45,305 bases of DNA, taken from a bacterium (GTDB lineage Bacteria; Zhuqueibacterota; Zhuqueibacteria; Zhuqueibacterales; Zhuqueibacteraceae). The DNA is taken from positions 1 through 45,305 of the forward strand of contig JBIOXB010000212.1 of assembly GCA_044869275.1 (NCBI GenBank), given 5' to 3'. The position numbers were made by a program, and so were the translations under genes. How positions within the stretch are numbered: the stretch's first letter is position 1; each line of letters begins with the position of its first letter. Below are positions 28,752-38,573 of this stretch, in pieces. A model generated the notes under the pieces. That model was not told the origin of the DNA and did not search any database. It saw only the letters and a list, made by a program, of their open reading frames with translations.

Positions 28752-29303
28752 CTATTTGCGGTAGTTTCTCACGTATCCGCTGTGCGAATGCCAGTCGGGA
28801 TCGCGCAAGAAGATCGCCTTGCAGTCCGGGCATTCGAAATGGTAGAACTTCTCTTTATGCGAGACTGCCAGAGAATTGATCACGGCCTTCGCGCTTTCCA
28901 CTTCTGCGCCGCACACCGGGCAACGCGTGTCCGGATCGCGCAGATTCGCCGGTGTGTTCTTTTGCGCGTGCAAAGAGGCAATGAATTGCGTAACCGCGCT
29001 GATTTCATGCGGCTTCAGTGGAATCGGCGGCATCTCGCTCACCTCGGTGAATTGCAGATGCGCTTTGATGAAAACCGTGTCCATCGCCAAGAATACCGAG
29101 GTCAGGTCCGGTGCCCGATGCCCGTTGCTGTAACCCGCCACTTGATGGCACTTGCCGCAATCATGCCTGTAAAACACGCTTTCACCCACCGCGATCTGGC
29201 GCTGCAATTCTGCAGGAACGGGTTCGATCCGTTTCTTGCATCCCCATGCCATGGCCAAAACCAGCGCCATGCCGACGAGTTCGGTGCTTTTGAACTTGAA
29301 CAT
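28752..29303 (-). CDS. Lipoprotein: monoheme cytochrome c fused to a YHS-like metal-binding domain
   Basis: RBS AGGAGGT; lipobox AWG-C; CGKCH heme motif; distal Met candidate in SEMPP; C-domain CPVCGAEV...FYHFECPDCKAIFLRDP. Confidence 0.85.
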   Translation of the reverse strand: MFKFKSTELVGMALVLAMAWGCKKRIEPVPAELQRQIAVGESVFYRHDCGKCHQVAGYSNGHRAPDLTSVFLAMDTVFIKAHLQFTEVSEMPPIPLKPHEISAVTQFIASLHAQKNTPANLRDPDTRCPVCGAEVESAKAVINSLAVSHKEKFYHFECPDCKAIFLRDPDWHSHSGYVRNYRK

Positions 29304-29388
29304 AGTCCACCTCCTACTCTTTCAAAAGATACAGCTTGATTTCGATCGCGGATGCTGAAGCCATATACTTTGTTTCAAAAATGAAAAA

Positions 29389-29405
29389 CGCAAAGGCAGT
29401 GCCAA
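29389..29405 (-). promoter_or_regulatory. Putative sigma54 (-24/-12) promoter
   Basis: Minus strand reads TTGGCACTGCCTTTGCG, i.e. TGGCAC-N5-TTGC with correct GG-N10-GC spacing, about 85 nt upstream of the operon start. Confidence 0.7.
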
Positions 29406-29735
29406 GAGCAGGCTGAGCCGTGACAGGTTGATTATTTGATAGTTGGGCAGACGTAAAGATGTTCTTGAGGCCCGGAAGCGGTGTCGAATTCAGAATATTA
29501 GCAAAGCCATTCTCATTCTTGCGAAAGGCGGAAATGACTGGCACCGATGCCTGCGGAACGAATAGCAGGCAAACGAGGGGGGAATGAACGCCAACATCAA
29601 AATGACAAGATCAACTGGGAGGGGACGTTAAGGGAGACGAGTCAAATGGGCGCACTCGCGCAGGAAAAATTTCAGCTGCTACTTTCTTGACTCAATACCA
29701 CGCCGGCCAAAGGCTTTTACCTGGTGCTGGCTCCA

Positions 29736-30212
29736 TCACAAATCGCGAATGACTTTGAGTAAATCCATCGTGGAGATGATGCCAATGATTTTGTCGTGAC
29801 GCGTGACCATCAAGCGATGGATGCGGCCGCCCAACATTGTTTCAGCGACTTCTTGAATTGGTGTGTTTTCATCGACTTTGAATATCATGGGCGTCATGAT
29901 GTCGCGCACGAAAGTTTGCGGTTTTTCCGCGACGTGAAAAGAGGTGATCTCTTCGGGAGAGAGCCGATCCTCCCATCCGTGCAGATAGTAATCGTGCGGC
30001 TCATCGGCTTGCAAATCCATCTCGGCAAAACTGTCGTGGCGCACGATGTCGGTCAGCGAAACTACGCCGATGAATCTGCCTTCCTCGTCCAATACCGGGG
30101 CGCCAGTAATGGCTTTATCGACGAGGAATTGCGACACTTCCTCCACGCTCCAGTCCGCTGGCACGGAGATGAAATGGGTGTTCATGACGTCCTTTGCGGT
30201 CATATATTTCAT
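29736..30212 (-). CDS. CBS domain-pair protein (158 aa)
   Basis: AKDVM...ITGAPVLD..FIGVVSLTDI and VRDIM...IHRLMV..IIGIISTMDL; RBS GGAGG before ATG 30212. Confidence 0.92.
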   Translation of the reverse strand: MKYMTAKDVMNTHFISVPADWSVEEVSQFLVDKAITGAPVLDEEGRFIGVVSLTDIVRHDSFAEMDLQADEPHDYYLHGWEDRLSPEEITSFHVAEKPQTFVRDIMTPMIFKVDENTPIQEVAETMLGGRIHRLMVTRHDKIIGIISTMDLLKVIRDL

Positions 30213-30537
30213 AAAACCTCCTGGAAAACATGGATGCGAAACCGAACAGTTATCACCGGTTTGCGGTTCTCTGACAAAAGATTTGAGCATTTATAATGCC
30301 AGAAAGTCTGATAGAGTTGGCTGGAGTTCTGGCCCTTGAAAGTTCAGTAATTACGTGCCTTCATGGCCTCTGAAAAATGTCGCAAGATTCTTTCTTTCTG
30401 GAAAATGAAAGGCAAGTTTCTCAAACTTGGGAAACGGAATTTTGCGCACAAAGCGAGCGAGCCGCAAGCAAGAGAAATCCGTCGAGAACACGGAGAAAAC
30501 ATATCATGGTTCACAAACAAAACGCCGGGCGCAGAGC

Positions 30538-31740
30538 TCAGGGCAGCAACCTGGCAACGATTCTGAACCCGAGATCTTGCGAGCTATGTTCGGGTTGGAA
30601 AGCATCGCGATAGGGAATATAAAGATTGGCAATGCTCGCGCTGTACCATGAGCCGCCTCGTGCGACCCGCAGGCCTGTGGTGCCGTCATGATTGCGATCG
30701 TCGTCTGCGTAGGGATGCTGCCGGCCGAAGGCACGATTGATCGACTGTGTCCATTCCACGGCGTTGCCACTCACATGGTACAAGCCAAAACGATTGGGAG
30801 GATAGGCCGAAGCGGACTGTTGCATGCCAGCAAGGGTGACCGGGGCGTCAGGATTTTTTTTCCAGTTGTACAGAGGACTTTCACCATCGCTAATGAACAT
30901 GCTCAAGCCATAATCCAGGTTGTCCGGTCCGCGCCCGGCTTTCTCCCACTCCGCTTCGGTGGGAAGGGTGTACAGCCAGCGCGCGTTACCAATTTTCTTG
31001 GTCAGCCATTTACAAAACGCATTGGCCTCGAACCAGTTGACCCACACCACTGGCTGATCCGGCTGTCCGAAGCGTTGATACTCGGCGTCGTTCGGTTGCA
31101 GTAAGGCTGTTGTTTGTGAAACATTTGCCGATTTCCAGCGCTTGCCCGCCTCCGTCCAATTGGCCTCCTGCACATACCCGCCAGAATCAGTGAGAAACTC
31201 GCGAAATTCCGCGTTGGTCGTTTCATACGCGCTAATGAAATATCCCGTGAGCCAGACATAATGTGGCTCGCGCGGATTCAAGCGATCACCCAACAGGAAA
31301 TTGCCGCTGGGAATATAGACAAACTCCGGCAGGTTAAAGAGCAAACGCGGCGGATAACTGGTCGGTGGCGGGCGCACCGTAACGAGGAAAGCCCCTTCGG
31401 CATCGGGTCCGGAGCGATAACCTGAGAGCGGCACGGGAATGAAGAAGATCTGTTGGTTGCGACTGATCTGCAAAAAGTAGTTGCCGCGCGGCAGCCACAT
31501 GCGCGCGCCGTTAAACGTGGTGAGGAGCGTCGTGTCCGAGAGGTTTTTTCCCGCCCGGTAGAGGCTAACCTTCGCGCCGGCGAGATTGGAGACGACGAGC
31601 TCGGTTTCGTCGCGCTCGTAGTGAAGCTGCTCTTGCCGCTCGCGCCCGGCGAACCATTGCGTTAGCACACCGCCGGCGGTCGCGAAGACCGCCAACGCAA
31701 CGAATGCACTTAGATAAAGCTTTCTCTTGCTTGAACGCAT
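30538..31740 (-). CDS. Membrane-anchored FGE-sulfatase/SUMF1-fold protein
   Basis: N-terminal TM; PVVWVNWFEANAFCKWL, LPTEAEWEKA, NRFGLYHVSGNAVEW and RGGSW...GFR motifs. The FGE catalytic Cys after RGGSW are absent. Confidence 0.88.
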   Translation of the reverse strand: MRSSKRKLYLSAFVALAVFATAGGVLTQWFAGRERQEQLHYERDETELVVSNLAGAKVSLYRAGKNLSDTTLLTTFNGARMWLPRGNYFLQISRNQQIFFIPVPLSGYRSGPDAEGAFLVTVRPPPTSYPPRLLFNLPEFVYIPSGNFLLGDRLNPREPHYVWLTGYFISAYETTNAEFREFLTDSGGYVQEANWTEAGKRWKSANVSQTTALLQPNDAEYQRFGQPDQPVVWVNWFEANAFCKWLTKKIGNARWLYTLPTEAEWEKAGRGPDNLDYGLSMFISDGESPLYNWKKNPDAPVTLAGMQQSASAYPPNRFGLYHVSGNAVEWTQSINRAFGRQHPYADDDRNHDGTTGLRVARGGSWYSASIANLYIPYRDAFQPEHSSQDLGFRIVARLLP

Positions 31741-31874
31741 CTCAACGCCGGTGAAATCTTAAGACACTTTTTCTGGTTCAAAAACCAGCGAAATCAAACA
31801 TGGAATAAAAGTCTATATGTTTTATGGCAAAACAATTTGGGGCGAAACGATCCAGTCGTCTGGCCCTTGAGGTT

Positions 31875-32135
31875 TTACCTAATTCTTTTGCGCGTATAAA
31901 CGGCGCGAAATTGCTCGAGCATGCTCTTGCATGCGCTGCATTCATCTCTCAACTCTTTCACTGCGAGGGGCTCAAGTTTCACCTCAAACCCCAGCTCGCC
32001 ATAGTTGTGCACGGCCTCCCGCGCCATTCTGGCATCGGCAATGAATCGCAGTTCCCAGCCATTCTCGATCAATGCGGGATCCGGCGGAGCCGTGCAACCT
32101 AAAAAGTCGCTGTTGCGGCTTGGGCAATTGTTCAT
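31875..32135 (-). CDS. Small CxxC-containing protein at the end of the benzoyl-CoA reductase operon (86 aa)
   Basis: GWELRFIAD...YGELGFEVKLEP...ECSAC...AVYTRK; starts 12 nt after the last bcr gene. Confidence 0.75.
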   Translation of the reverse strand: MNNCPSRNSDFLGCTAPPDPALIENGWELRFIADARMAREAVHNYGELGFEVKLEPLAVKELRDECSACKSMLEQFRAVYTRKRIR

Positions 32136-32147
32136 GATTCGGTGCGG

Positions 32148-33011
32148 TCAAACTGAAGCGTTCATGATTTCTGGATGGTTTCGTGCAAACTCGTGGCGTT
32201 TGGCTGCAATTGACTCTTCTTGAAGCTTGCGCAACCTGATCTGTCCAAGAATCGCACAACCCAACGCCGCGATGAATTGCGGCATATCACCTTCGGGAAC
32301 ATTTACTTGTTGTCCTAATCTTTCTCGGAGAGCTTTCGCCATCACCTCCCAACGCAAGATGCCGCCGATAAGCGTATACTCGGGTTCCAATTTATTGCGC
32401 TTCATCAATTGCAGGGAACGGTCGGTGAGCGAAAGAATCGCGCCGAACATAATATCCTCCGGCGGCACGCCCTCGGAAAGATGGCTGATGACTTCGGATT
32501 CTGCGAACACCGCGCACACGCCGGAGATCGGAACTTTCTCCTTCGACAGTCCCAACAACGGGCCGATGTCTGCAGTGGCGTATCCCATGTAGCGCGCCGT
32601 TTTTTCGAGAAACGCGCCGGTACCGGAAGCGCATTTGTCGTTGAGACGAAAACTTTGCACTTTCGCGCGTGCGTCGATGCGGCTCGCTTTCATGGTTTGT
32701 CCGCCGATGTCGAGCACCGTGCGCGTGCCCGGAAACAGAAAACTCGCGCCGCGCGCGGTGGCCGTGAGGTCCGTCACTTGAAAATCTCGAAAAGAAACTT
32801 GATGGCGTCCGTAACCCGTGGTGATCGTATATGCGAGGTCATGCAATTTGAGACCGGCTGCGCTCACCACTTGGTCGCGAACTTTTTCCGCCGCTTCTTT
32901 CAGTCGCGAGCCGGTGGCTTCCATTTGGCGAGCAATGATTTTATGATCATTGTTCAAAATGACCGCTTTCGTGTAAGTGGAGCCAACGTCGAGGCCAAGT
33001 GCATGGAGCAT
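32148..33011 (-). CDS. bcrD: Class I benzoyl-CoA reductase ATP-binding subunit (BcrD-like, BcrAD/BadFG family)
   Basis: [31 protein letters not shown] and [10 protein letters not shown] motifs; RBS GGAGGAG before ATG 33011. Assignment to subunit D rests on position and resemblance. Confidence 0.8.
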   Translation of the reverse strand: MLHALGLDVGSTYTKAVILNNDHKIIARQMEATGSRLKEAAEKVRDQVVSAAGLKLHDLAYTITTGYGRHQVSFRDFQVTDLTATARGASFLFPGTRTVLDIGGQTMKASRIDARAKVQSFRLNDKCASGTGAFLEKTARYMGYATADIGPLLGLSKEKVPISGVCAVFAESEVISHLSEGVPPEDIMFGAILSLTDRSLQLMKRNKLEPEYTLIGGILRWEVMAKALRERLGQQVNVPEGDMPQFIAALGCAILGQIRLRKLQEESIAAKRHEFARNHPEIMNASV

Positions 33012-33116
33012 GATGAACTCCTCCAATCGTTTTTCTTTCTTTAACTTTCTACACCAGATTTTCAGACAAGCTGAAAACTGAAGCCCCTGGCGGGGCAGCT
33101 TCAAAGTAAAAGCTTC

Positions 33117-33220
33117 TGAACACGGATGACGCGGATGAAACGGAATTTCGCGGATTTCTTATTTTTGCTTTATCCGTGTGAATCCGTGTGAATCCGTCTA
33201 ATCCGTGTGATCCGTGTTCA
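33117..33220. repeat. 9/10-mer tandem + inverted array with 11-bp terminal inverted repeat
   Basis: TGAACACGGAT GACGCGGAT GAAACGGAA TTTCGCGGAT ... ATCCGTGTGA ATCCGTGTGA ATCCGTCTA ATCCGTGTG ATCCGTGTTCA. Confidence 0.88.
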
Positions 33221-33286
33221 AAAAAATGGCCAAAAAACTTTTGGAATTTTATTCTATGTTTGGTTCTTTAAGCGCTTACTTGCCTT

Positions 33287-34084
33287 TCAATGCGGCCTCT
33301 GGCTCGCGACAATATGATCGAGCGCAAGCAGCGCCGCGCCCAATGCACCCATGAAATGCGAGTCTTCGCTCACATTCACTTTCTTGCCCAAGCCCTCCTC
33401 CAGCGCGCGAATCATTCCAATGTTTTTTGCCACGCCGCCAGTAAAGGTGATTTCCTCCTCGACGCCGACTCTGCGCAGAAGACCGATGGAACGCGCGGCA
33501 ATGGATTGATGCACGCCCCACAAAATATCTTCCACCTTCTTGCCTTTGCCAAGCCAGGACAGCACTTCGGATTCAGCGAACACCGTACAGGTCGTGCTGA
33601 TGCGCACCGGCTTCTCTGCGCGCAAAGCCGTTGCGCCTAGTTCTCCCAGCGGAATGTCGAGTGCCACTGCCGCCGCGCCGAGAAAACGGCCTGTACCCGC
33701 GGCGCACTTGTCGTTCATGCAGAAATCGACAATCTCACCCTTGGCATTAACGCGAATGGCTTTGCTGTCCTGTCCGCCCATGTCGACCACCGTCCGTGTG
33801 GCCGGAAACATGTGCGCCGCGCCGCGACCGTGACAACTGATCTCCGTCACCTGCTTGTTGCCAAACGTGACTTTATAGCGGCCATAACCGGTGCCGATCA
33901 CGTATTCCACTTCCTCTTCGCCAATCTTCGACGCCTCAAGCGCTTGTTGAAAAGCCTTCTGCGCCGCCGCGGTGACATTCGCGCCGGTATCTATTAGCGC
34001 TCGCGCGACGATTTGCCTTTTGCTGTTGATGATCACCGCTTTGGTTTGTGTGGAGCCGACATCGACTCCGGCTGAGTAGGACAT
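33287..34084 (-). CDS. bcrA: Class I benzoyl-CoA reductase ATP-binding subunit (short BcrA-like, 265 aa)
   Basis: [46 protein letters not shown] and [10 protein letters not shown] motifs; RBS AAGGAG before ATG 34084. Confidence 0.82.
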   Translation of the reverse strand: MSYSAGVDVGSTQTKAVIINSKRQIVARALIDTGANVTAAAQKAFQQALEASKIGEEEVEYVIGTGYGRYKVTFGNKQVTEISCHGRGAAHMFPATRTVVDMGGQDSKAIRVNAKGEIVDFCMNDKCAAGTGRFLGAAAVALDIPLGELGATALRAEKPVRISTTCTVFAESEVLSWLGKGKKVEDILWGVHQSIAARSIGLLRRVGVEEEITFTGGVAKNIGMIRALEEGLGKKVNVSEDSHFMGALGAALLALDHIVASQRPH

Positions 34085-34118
34085 GTCGAATCTCCTTACT
34101 TTCCGGCCCATTCAATTG

Positions 34119-34246
34119 GCGGATTGGTGGATCGTTGGATTGCTGGATCGTTGGATTGCTGGATTATCGGGTTGCCCAAGCCTAACCGCATCAATCCAAT
34201 AATCCATCAATCCAGCAATCCGTCAATCCATCATTCCATCAATTCA
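34119..34246. repeat. Octamer tandem + inverted array
   Basis: GGATTGGT GGATCGTT GGATTGCT GGATCGTT GGATTGCT ... TCAATCCA ATAATCCA TCAATCCA GCAATCCG TCAATCCA. Confidence 0.9.
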
Positions 34247-35534
34247 TTACTCCCATCGTGTGTCGCCTGGAAATGAGACCTTCGAAAAACGCATCGATGC
34301 GATTCTTCATCTGCGCTTCAGAGACCACGCGCTGATCCATCATGTCGGATTCGATGAACAGCGTGGGAATGTCTTTTTTCGACATCAAGTAACGGCGACC
34401 GTCGGCAAGGCCGGTGGACACGGTGCGGCAACTCTTAATGGGATGATAAACCACGCCGTCGATGTGGAAAGGCTGCGTCATCGACAGGACTGCCTGATCA
34501 TGATGAAACATGCTGTCCATCGCATCGCGCACGCTGATCAACACACCTGTGGCGAGACTTTCAATCGGGTTGCGCAAGTCGTATTCGAAGCCGAGATTGG
34601 TGCCGCCGGCGGCAAACCACAAGTAAGTGGAATGCACAAACACGCCGCCCCCATTGGAGAAGAATTCGTTAAACCGGCGAAAGATGGGATAGCACGGCAC
34701 GCCGACAAACACCAGTCGAAATTTTTCATCCTCCAGCGTGCCGATGCCATGCATCGATTTGTATGCCATCTCTTCCACGAGATCTTTGAAGAACGCGCTG
34801 CCCGCTGCGGTGCCGCGAAAGCCGTTCGCCACGCCGAGATAAATCGTGCCGTCGGTGAGGGCGTTGAACACGGCGGGAGCGGCTTGGTTATGATCGAGCG
34901 CTTGCTTCCAGCCACGGCTCATGTCGTTGGCATAACCCAGCACCTCGCGAAGTTTGTCAATATCGAATTTCCTTCCAGTCATGCGCTCGCAGAGTGTGAT
35001 CAACTCTTTGAGCTGCTCCGCCACATAGCGGCGGTCGCGTTCGAAATCCGGATCGCCAGGCCACGACTGCATCCCCGCGGCTCGGGTTGCTGGAATGTCG
35101 ATGGTGAAAATCGGAATGTGATACATGCGCTCCCAAATCTCCGCCCATTTGATGTAGGTGTTGCAGGCGTTGGTCAGCACCGCGAGACGCGGCTTGGGAA
35201 TTTTTCCCATCGGATGTTGCCCGCCTTTCAATTGCACCGCCACATCGGCTTTGACGTAGCCGCAAATATCCGGTGAGTAACCATGCTCCTCCGCCACGTT
35301 GAGAAATTCCGGCGCGACTTTTCTGATCGCCGTTTGCAATGAGTTGATCTCGGGAAAGACAACCGGAAGATCGAAGGTTTTGAGAATCTCGTTAAGGCTT
35401 CCCATCACGAACACATAGGCTGCACCTTCACCGCGCTCGCTGCATTCATTTAACTCCGCGAACCATTCGCGAAACAACCGCGCGCCGTCGCGATTGCCTC
35501 TGCCAACAATGCCGTCGTTGTTTTCATTTGGCAT
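34239..35534 (-). CDS. bcrB: Benzoyl-CoA reductase subunit B (HgdA/2-hydroxyacyl-CoA dehydratase fold)
   Basis: 431 aa; FDLPVVFPEINSLQ, GYSPDICGYVKAD, NACNTYIKW, HPIKSCR and PTLFIESD...NRIDAFFE motifs; dch/oah/had context. Confidence 0.85.
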   Translation of the reverse strand: MPNENNDGIVGRGNRDGARLFREWFAELNECSERGEGAAYVFVMGSLNEILKTFDLPVVFPEINSLQTAIRKVAPEFLNVAEEHGYSPDICGYVKADVAVQLKGGQHPMGKIPKPRLAVLTNACNTYIKWAEIWERMYHIPIFTIDIPATRAAGMQSWPGDPDFERDRRYVAEQLKELITLCERMTGRKFDIDKLREVLGYANDMSRGWKQALDHNQAAPAVFNALTDGTIYLGVANGFRGTAAGSAFFKDLVEEMAYKSMHGIGTLEDEKFRLVFVGVPCYPIFRRFNEFFSNGGGVFVHSTYLWFAAGGTNLGFEYDLRNPIESLATGVLISVRDAMDSMFHHDQAVLSMTQPFHIDGVVYHPIKSCRTVSTGLADGRRYLMSKKDIPTLFIESDMMDQRVVSEAQMKNRIDAFFEGLISRRHTMGVMN

Positions 35535-35544
35535 TTTTTCACCC

Positions 35545-35677
35545 TGGAGTTTTGGAGTGATGGATTATTGGATTACTGGATTACTGGATTTATGGATTAG
35601 TGGATCAATGGGGTTTTGTAGAGGCCCAATAATCCAACAATCCATTAATCCAGAAATCCCTCAATCCAATTATCCAT
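35545..35677. repeat. Octamer tandem + inverted array
   Basis: TGGAGTTT TGGAGTGA TGGATTAT TGGATTAC TGGATTAC TGGATTTA TGGATTAG TGGATCAA ... ATAATCCA ACAATCCA TTAATCCA GAAATCCC TCAATCCA. Confidence 0.9.
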
Positions 35678-35681
35678 AGCG

Positions 35682-36854
35682 TCAGTCAAAGAGAATATTT
35701 TCCACGAACGTTTCGAGCTGAATGCCGAGATGCTCGAACGTGGTTTGGTTCTCTTCAAACTCGGTGATGAAATAGGGAATATGCTCGTGGTCCAGCGCTT
35801 TGCTATAGGTGACCTGCTCTTCCAACCCCGGCTCGCACATTTTGGCGGCGGCGAGAATGACGGCCTCGGCACCGGATTGCTTGACGCGGTCGAGCAGCAT
35901 TTTTTCCTTGGGCTTGCGGAGATCATGTTGCACCGGACTGTAGGACGATTTTTCGATGTAAGCCTCAGCGAGATTATGCAACGGATCGCCTTGCAACGGC
36001 ACATCCGCAAGAATGTAGCGCAGCCCGATGAGCAGATCATCATCGACCACATAACAGGACTGTGCGATGGTTTGCAGCAGATCAACCGGCGGCAATTCAC
36101 AAAACCCACCTTCAAAGACAACCCGCATCTTGTCCTGCTTTTTGGCAGGACGGGATTTGATCATCGGCAAAATCGCACGCAAGAAATCGACGTACTCTTC
36201 GCGCGGCAGAAAACCGGCGAGGGCGATCAACACAAATGCTTCATCGGCAGCAAGCAACCACGGCGTTTCGCGTTTGAGGGCGTACAACTCGCGCATGAGG
36301 CTACGTCCTTCGTTGTACACCGCTAGAGAATGCCGCAGATCATCGTCAGTGATCTGGCGGCCGGCAATCGCTTCGATATCGCCTTTTAATCTTTCGTATT
36401 CATCTCGCAAATAATTTATCGAGTAGCACGAGTTGGGATTTTGCGGCAGGTAGAGAATCTGGCACTTGTAGGGAAAGTTGCGTCCCCAAATCGCCCCGAG
36501 ATTGCGGGCGGCGTCACAGATGGGATGCGTGACGAACATGTCCAGTGCGATTTTTTTCGTGAGCGCCAGCTCAAGAGAAGTCTTAATGATCGAGCACAGA
36601 TACGAACCAAAGTGCGATTCCGCTTCAATACCTTCAACTTGCGCGCCGCAGATTTTCACAGGCAACAGGCCGGCGGCGTGCGCGATTTCCTCGGGAAAAT
36701 AAACCTGAAAATGCCCGATGACTTTCCCGCCGTTTTCGCGCCAGCACCGCACCGTGGGATAGCTCGAATCTTCAACTAAGTCACGGCAGGTGCTCAGTAT
36801 CGCTTCCAACGACTTTCCTCGCCAGCCAGTGAACACTCGCGCTTCTTTGATCAT
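35682..36854 (-). CDS. bcrC: Benzoyl-CoA reductase subunit C
   Basis: 390 aa from ATG 36854; [36 protein letters not shown] and AAKMCEPGL motifs. Confidence 0.85.
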   Translation of the reverse strand: MIKEARVFTGWRGKSLEAILSTCRDLVEDSSYPTVRCWRENGGKVIGHFQVYFPEEIAHAAGLLPVKICGAQVEGIEAESHFGSYLCSIIKTSLELALTKKIALDMFVTHPICDAARNLGAIWGRNFPYKCQILYLPQNPNSCYSINYLRDEYERLKGDIEAIAGRQITDDDLRHSLAVYNEGRSLMRELYALKRETPWLLAADEAFVLIALAGFLPREEYVDFLRAILPMIKSRPAKKQDKMRVVFEGGFCELPPVDLLQTIAQSCYVVDDDLLIGLRYILADVPLQGDPLHNLAEAYIEKSSYSPVQHDLRKPKEKMLLDRVKQSGAEAVILAAAKMCEPGLEEQVTYSKALDHEHIPYFITEFEENQTTFEHLGIQLETFVENILFD

Positions 36855-36866
36855 TCTCGTCTCCCG

Positions 36867-36955
36867 GGGGTATTGAGGAATTGGAGTGTTAGAGTGATAG
36901 ATTACTGGAGCTATGGGCACCATTACTCCATTACTCCATCACTCCAACACTCCAC
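36867..36955. repeat. Octamer tandem + inverted array
   Basis: TGGAGTGT TAGAGTGA TAGATTAC TGGAGCTA ... TTACTCCA TTACTCCA TCACTCCA ACACTCCA. Confidence 0.85.
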
Positions 36956-36958
36956 TTT

Positions 36959-37681
36959 TCAGATGTACTGCCCTCCGTCAATTTTAATCACTTCTCCCGT
37001 GATATGCCTTGCCAAATCAGAGCACAGAAAAAGAATCGCGTTTGCCACGTCTTCCGGTTGGCCCAACCGACCCAACACGGTTTCGGCCGTGGCTTGACTC
37101 AAAATCTGTTGCGGCAGATTTTGGGTGAGCGTCGTAAGAATATAGCCGGGCGCCACGGCGTTCACACTCACGTTGTATCGTCCCAATTCTTTGGCTACTG
37201 TTTTAGTCAAGCCGATCAAGCCCGCTTTCGCAGCGGCGTAATTCGCCAAGCCGAACTTGCCACGCAGGCCGTTGATGGATGAAACATTTACAATTTTCCC
37301 TCGTTGCCTGGCACGGAAGTGCGGCGCGAGGTGATGAATGAAATTGAACGCGCCTTTCAAATTTACATTGAGAACCGCGTCCCACTCCGCCTCGGTCATT
37401 TTCCAGACCGGCGCGTCTTTTGAGATTCCCGCATTGTTGATGAGGCAATCAATGGATTTTTCTTCAGCGAGGAGAGTCGCCGCGCAGTCTTGCACTTCCT
37501 GAAAATTTGCGACGTCGGTTTTGAGGTAACGGCAGTTGGGGAGTGCTACTTGTGGTGGGTGCACGTCAGCACATACGACACGCGCACCGGATGCAATAAA
37601 CAGCCTGGCGGTCGTCAAGCCGATACCGCCGCTGCCGCCGGTGATGACGATGACTTGGTTGGTGAAATCCAGCTTCAGCAT
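36959..37681 (-). CDS. Short-chain dehydrogenase/reductase (FabG-like; probably acyl-CoA-linked)
   Basis: TGGSGGIG, NNAGI, YAAAK and VNAVAPG motifs. Confidence 0.92.
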   Translation of the reverse strand: MLKLDFTNQVIVITGGSGGIGLTTARLFIASGARVVCADVHPPQVALPNCRYLKTDVANFQEVQDCAATLLAEEKSIDCLINNAGISKDAPVWKMTEAEWDAVLNVNLKGAFNFIHHLAPHFRARQRGKIVNVSSINGLRGKFGLANYAAAKAGLIGLTKTVAKELGRYNVSVNAVAPGYILTTLTQNLPQQILSQATAETVLGRLGQPEDVANAILFLCSDLARHITGEVIKIDGGQYI

Positions 37682-37697
37682 GATCTGCTCGTTTTAT

Positions 37698-37809
37698 AGG
37701 ATTGTTGGATTGATGGATCGGCGGATCGTTGGGTTAGTGCCGCCATTGATCCAACCATCCATTGATCCAACCATCCAGTAATCCCTCAATCCCTCAATCC
37801 CTTTATCCA
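37698..37809. repeat. Octamer tandem + inverted array
   Basis: GGATTGTT GGATTGAT GGATCGGC GGATCGTT ... TTGATCCA ACCATCCA TTGATCCA ACCATCCA GTAATCCC TCAATCCC TCAATCCC TTTATCCA. Confidence 0.9.
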
Positions 37810-38573
37810 TTTTTCCAAACCGGCTTTCGTTTTTCCATGAACGCCTTGATGCCTTCATTCGCATCTGCGGTCGCCATCAATTCCTGCACGTACATTTTTT
37901 CCAATGCTTCGATATTCTTCAAAAAGGCTTGGTACATTTCAAAGCGCGATGCTTTCGCGGCGAATCGCAGGGCTACGGAGCTCTTGGGCAAAATGTGTTT
38001 GGAAATGAATTCCTCTGATTCTGCTTCCGGCTGCGCTGAAACCGAATAAACCAAGCCCATTTGTCTGGCTTCTGGCGCAGAGATCGTACGGCCGCTAAGC
38101 ACCAAATCGTCTGCCGCCGGTTGTCCGAGGAGATGCGGGAAAATGAGTGAAGCCACCGGTGGCAATACCGCGAGGTTGATTTCCGGCTGGCCGAATTTAG
38201 CCTCTTCCGAAGCGAAAATCCAATGACAAAAGGCGGCCAGCTCCAAGCCGCCGCCAAGACATTGCCCGCGAACCACGGCAAAAGACGGCTTGCACAACGT
38301 GACCAGTGATCTGAACAACTCATGGAAGGTCGCCAACATGTGTGGGACAGATTCCCTTTGATGCTCGGCAACACTGGCGCCAAAAGAGAAGTGCTCGCCC
38401 TCGCCTCGAAAAACCAGCGCCTTGATCGAAGGCTTCTGCCCTTCTGCGCGAATAGCGGCGATCAGCTCGCTCATCATCTCGCGGTCAAGGATGTTGCCTT
38501 TGGGCGCATGCAAGATGAGATGCAGAACCTGGCTATCATGAGAAGATTCGACGGTTATTTTCTTAAACTTCAT
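37803..38573 (-). CDS. dch: Cyclohexa-1,5-diene-1-carbonyl-CoA hydratase
   Basis: Crotonase fold with APKGNILD, HFSFGASVAEH, GQCLGGGLE and GQPEINLAVLPP; lies directly after oah; ATG 38573. Confidence 0.88.
   Translation of the reverse strand: MKFKKITVESSHDSQVLHLILHAPKGNILDREMMSELIAAIRAEGQKPSIKALVFRGEGEHFSFGASVAEHQRESVPHMLATFHELFRSLVTLCKPSFAVVRGQCLGGGLELAAFCHWIFASEEAKFGQPEINLAVLPPVASLIFPHLLGQPAADDLVLSGRTISAPEARQMGLVYSVSAQPEAESEEFISKHILPKSSVALRFAAKASRFEMYQAFLKNIEALEKMYVQELMATADANEGIKAFMEKRKPVWKNG

Noticed and set aside
30538..31740. FGE/CLec-fold protein as a diversity-generating retroelement target
   Set aside because: I saw no second copy of its 3' region (template repeat) and no reverse transcriptase in the window. 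A remote DGR cannot be excluded.
32148..36854. 2-hydroxyacyl-CoA dehydratase plus activator (amino-acid fermentation)
   Set aside because: Two distinct ATPase subunits and the adjacent dch, oah and had genes favour benzoyl-CoA reductase.
33117..37809. Repeat arrays as CRISPR
   Set aside because: Units are 7-10 nt, degenerate and adjacent, with no unique spacers and no cas genes.
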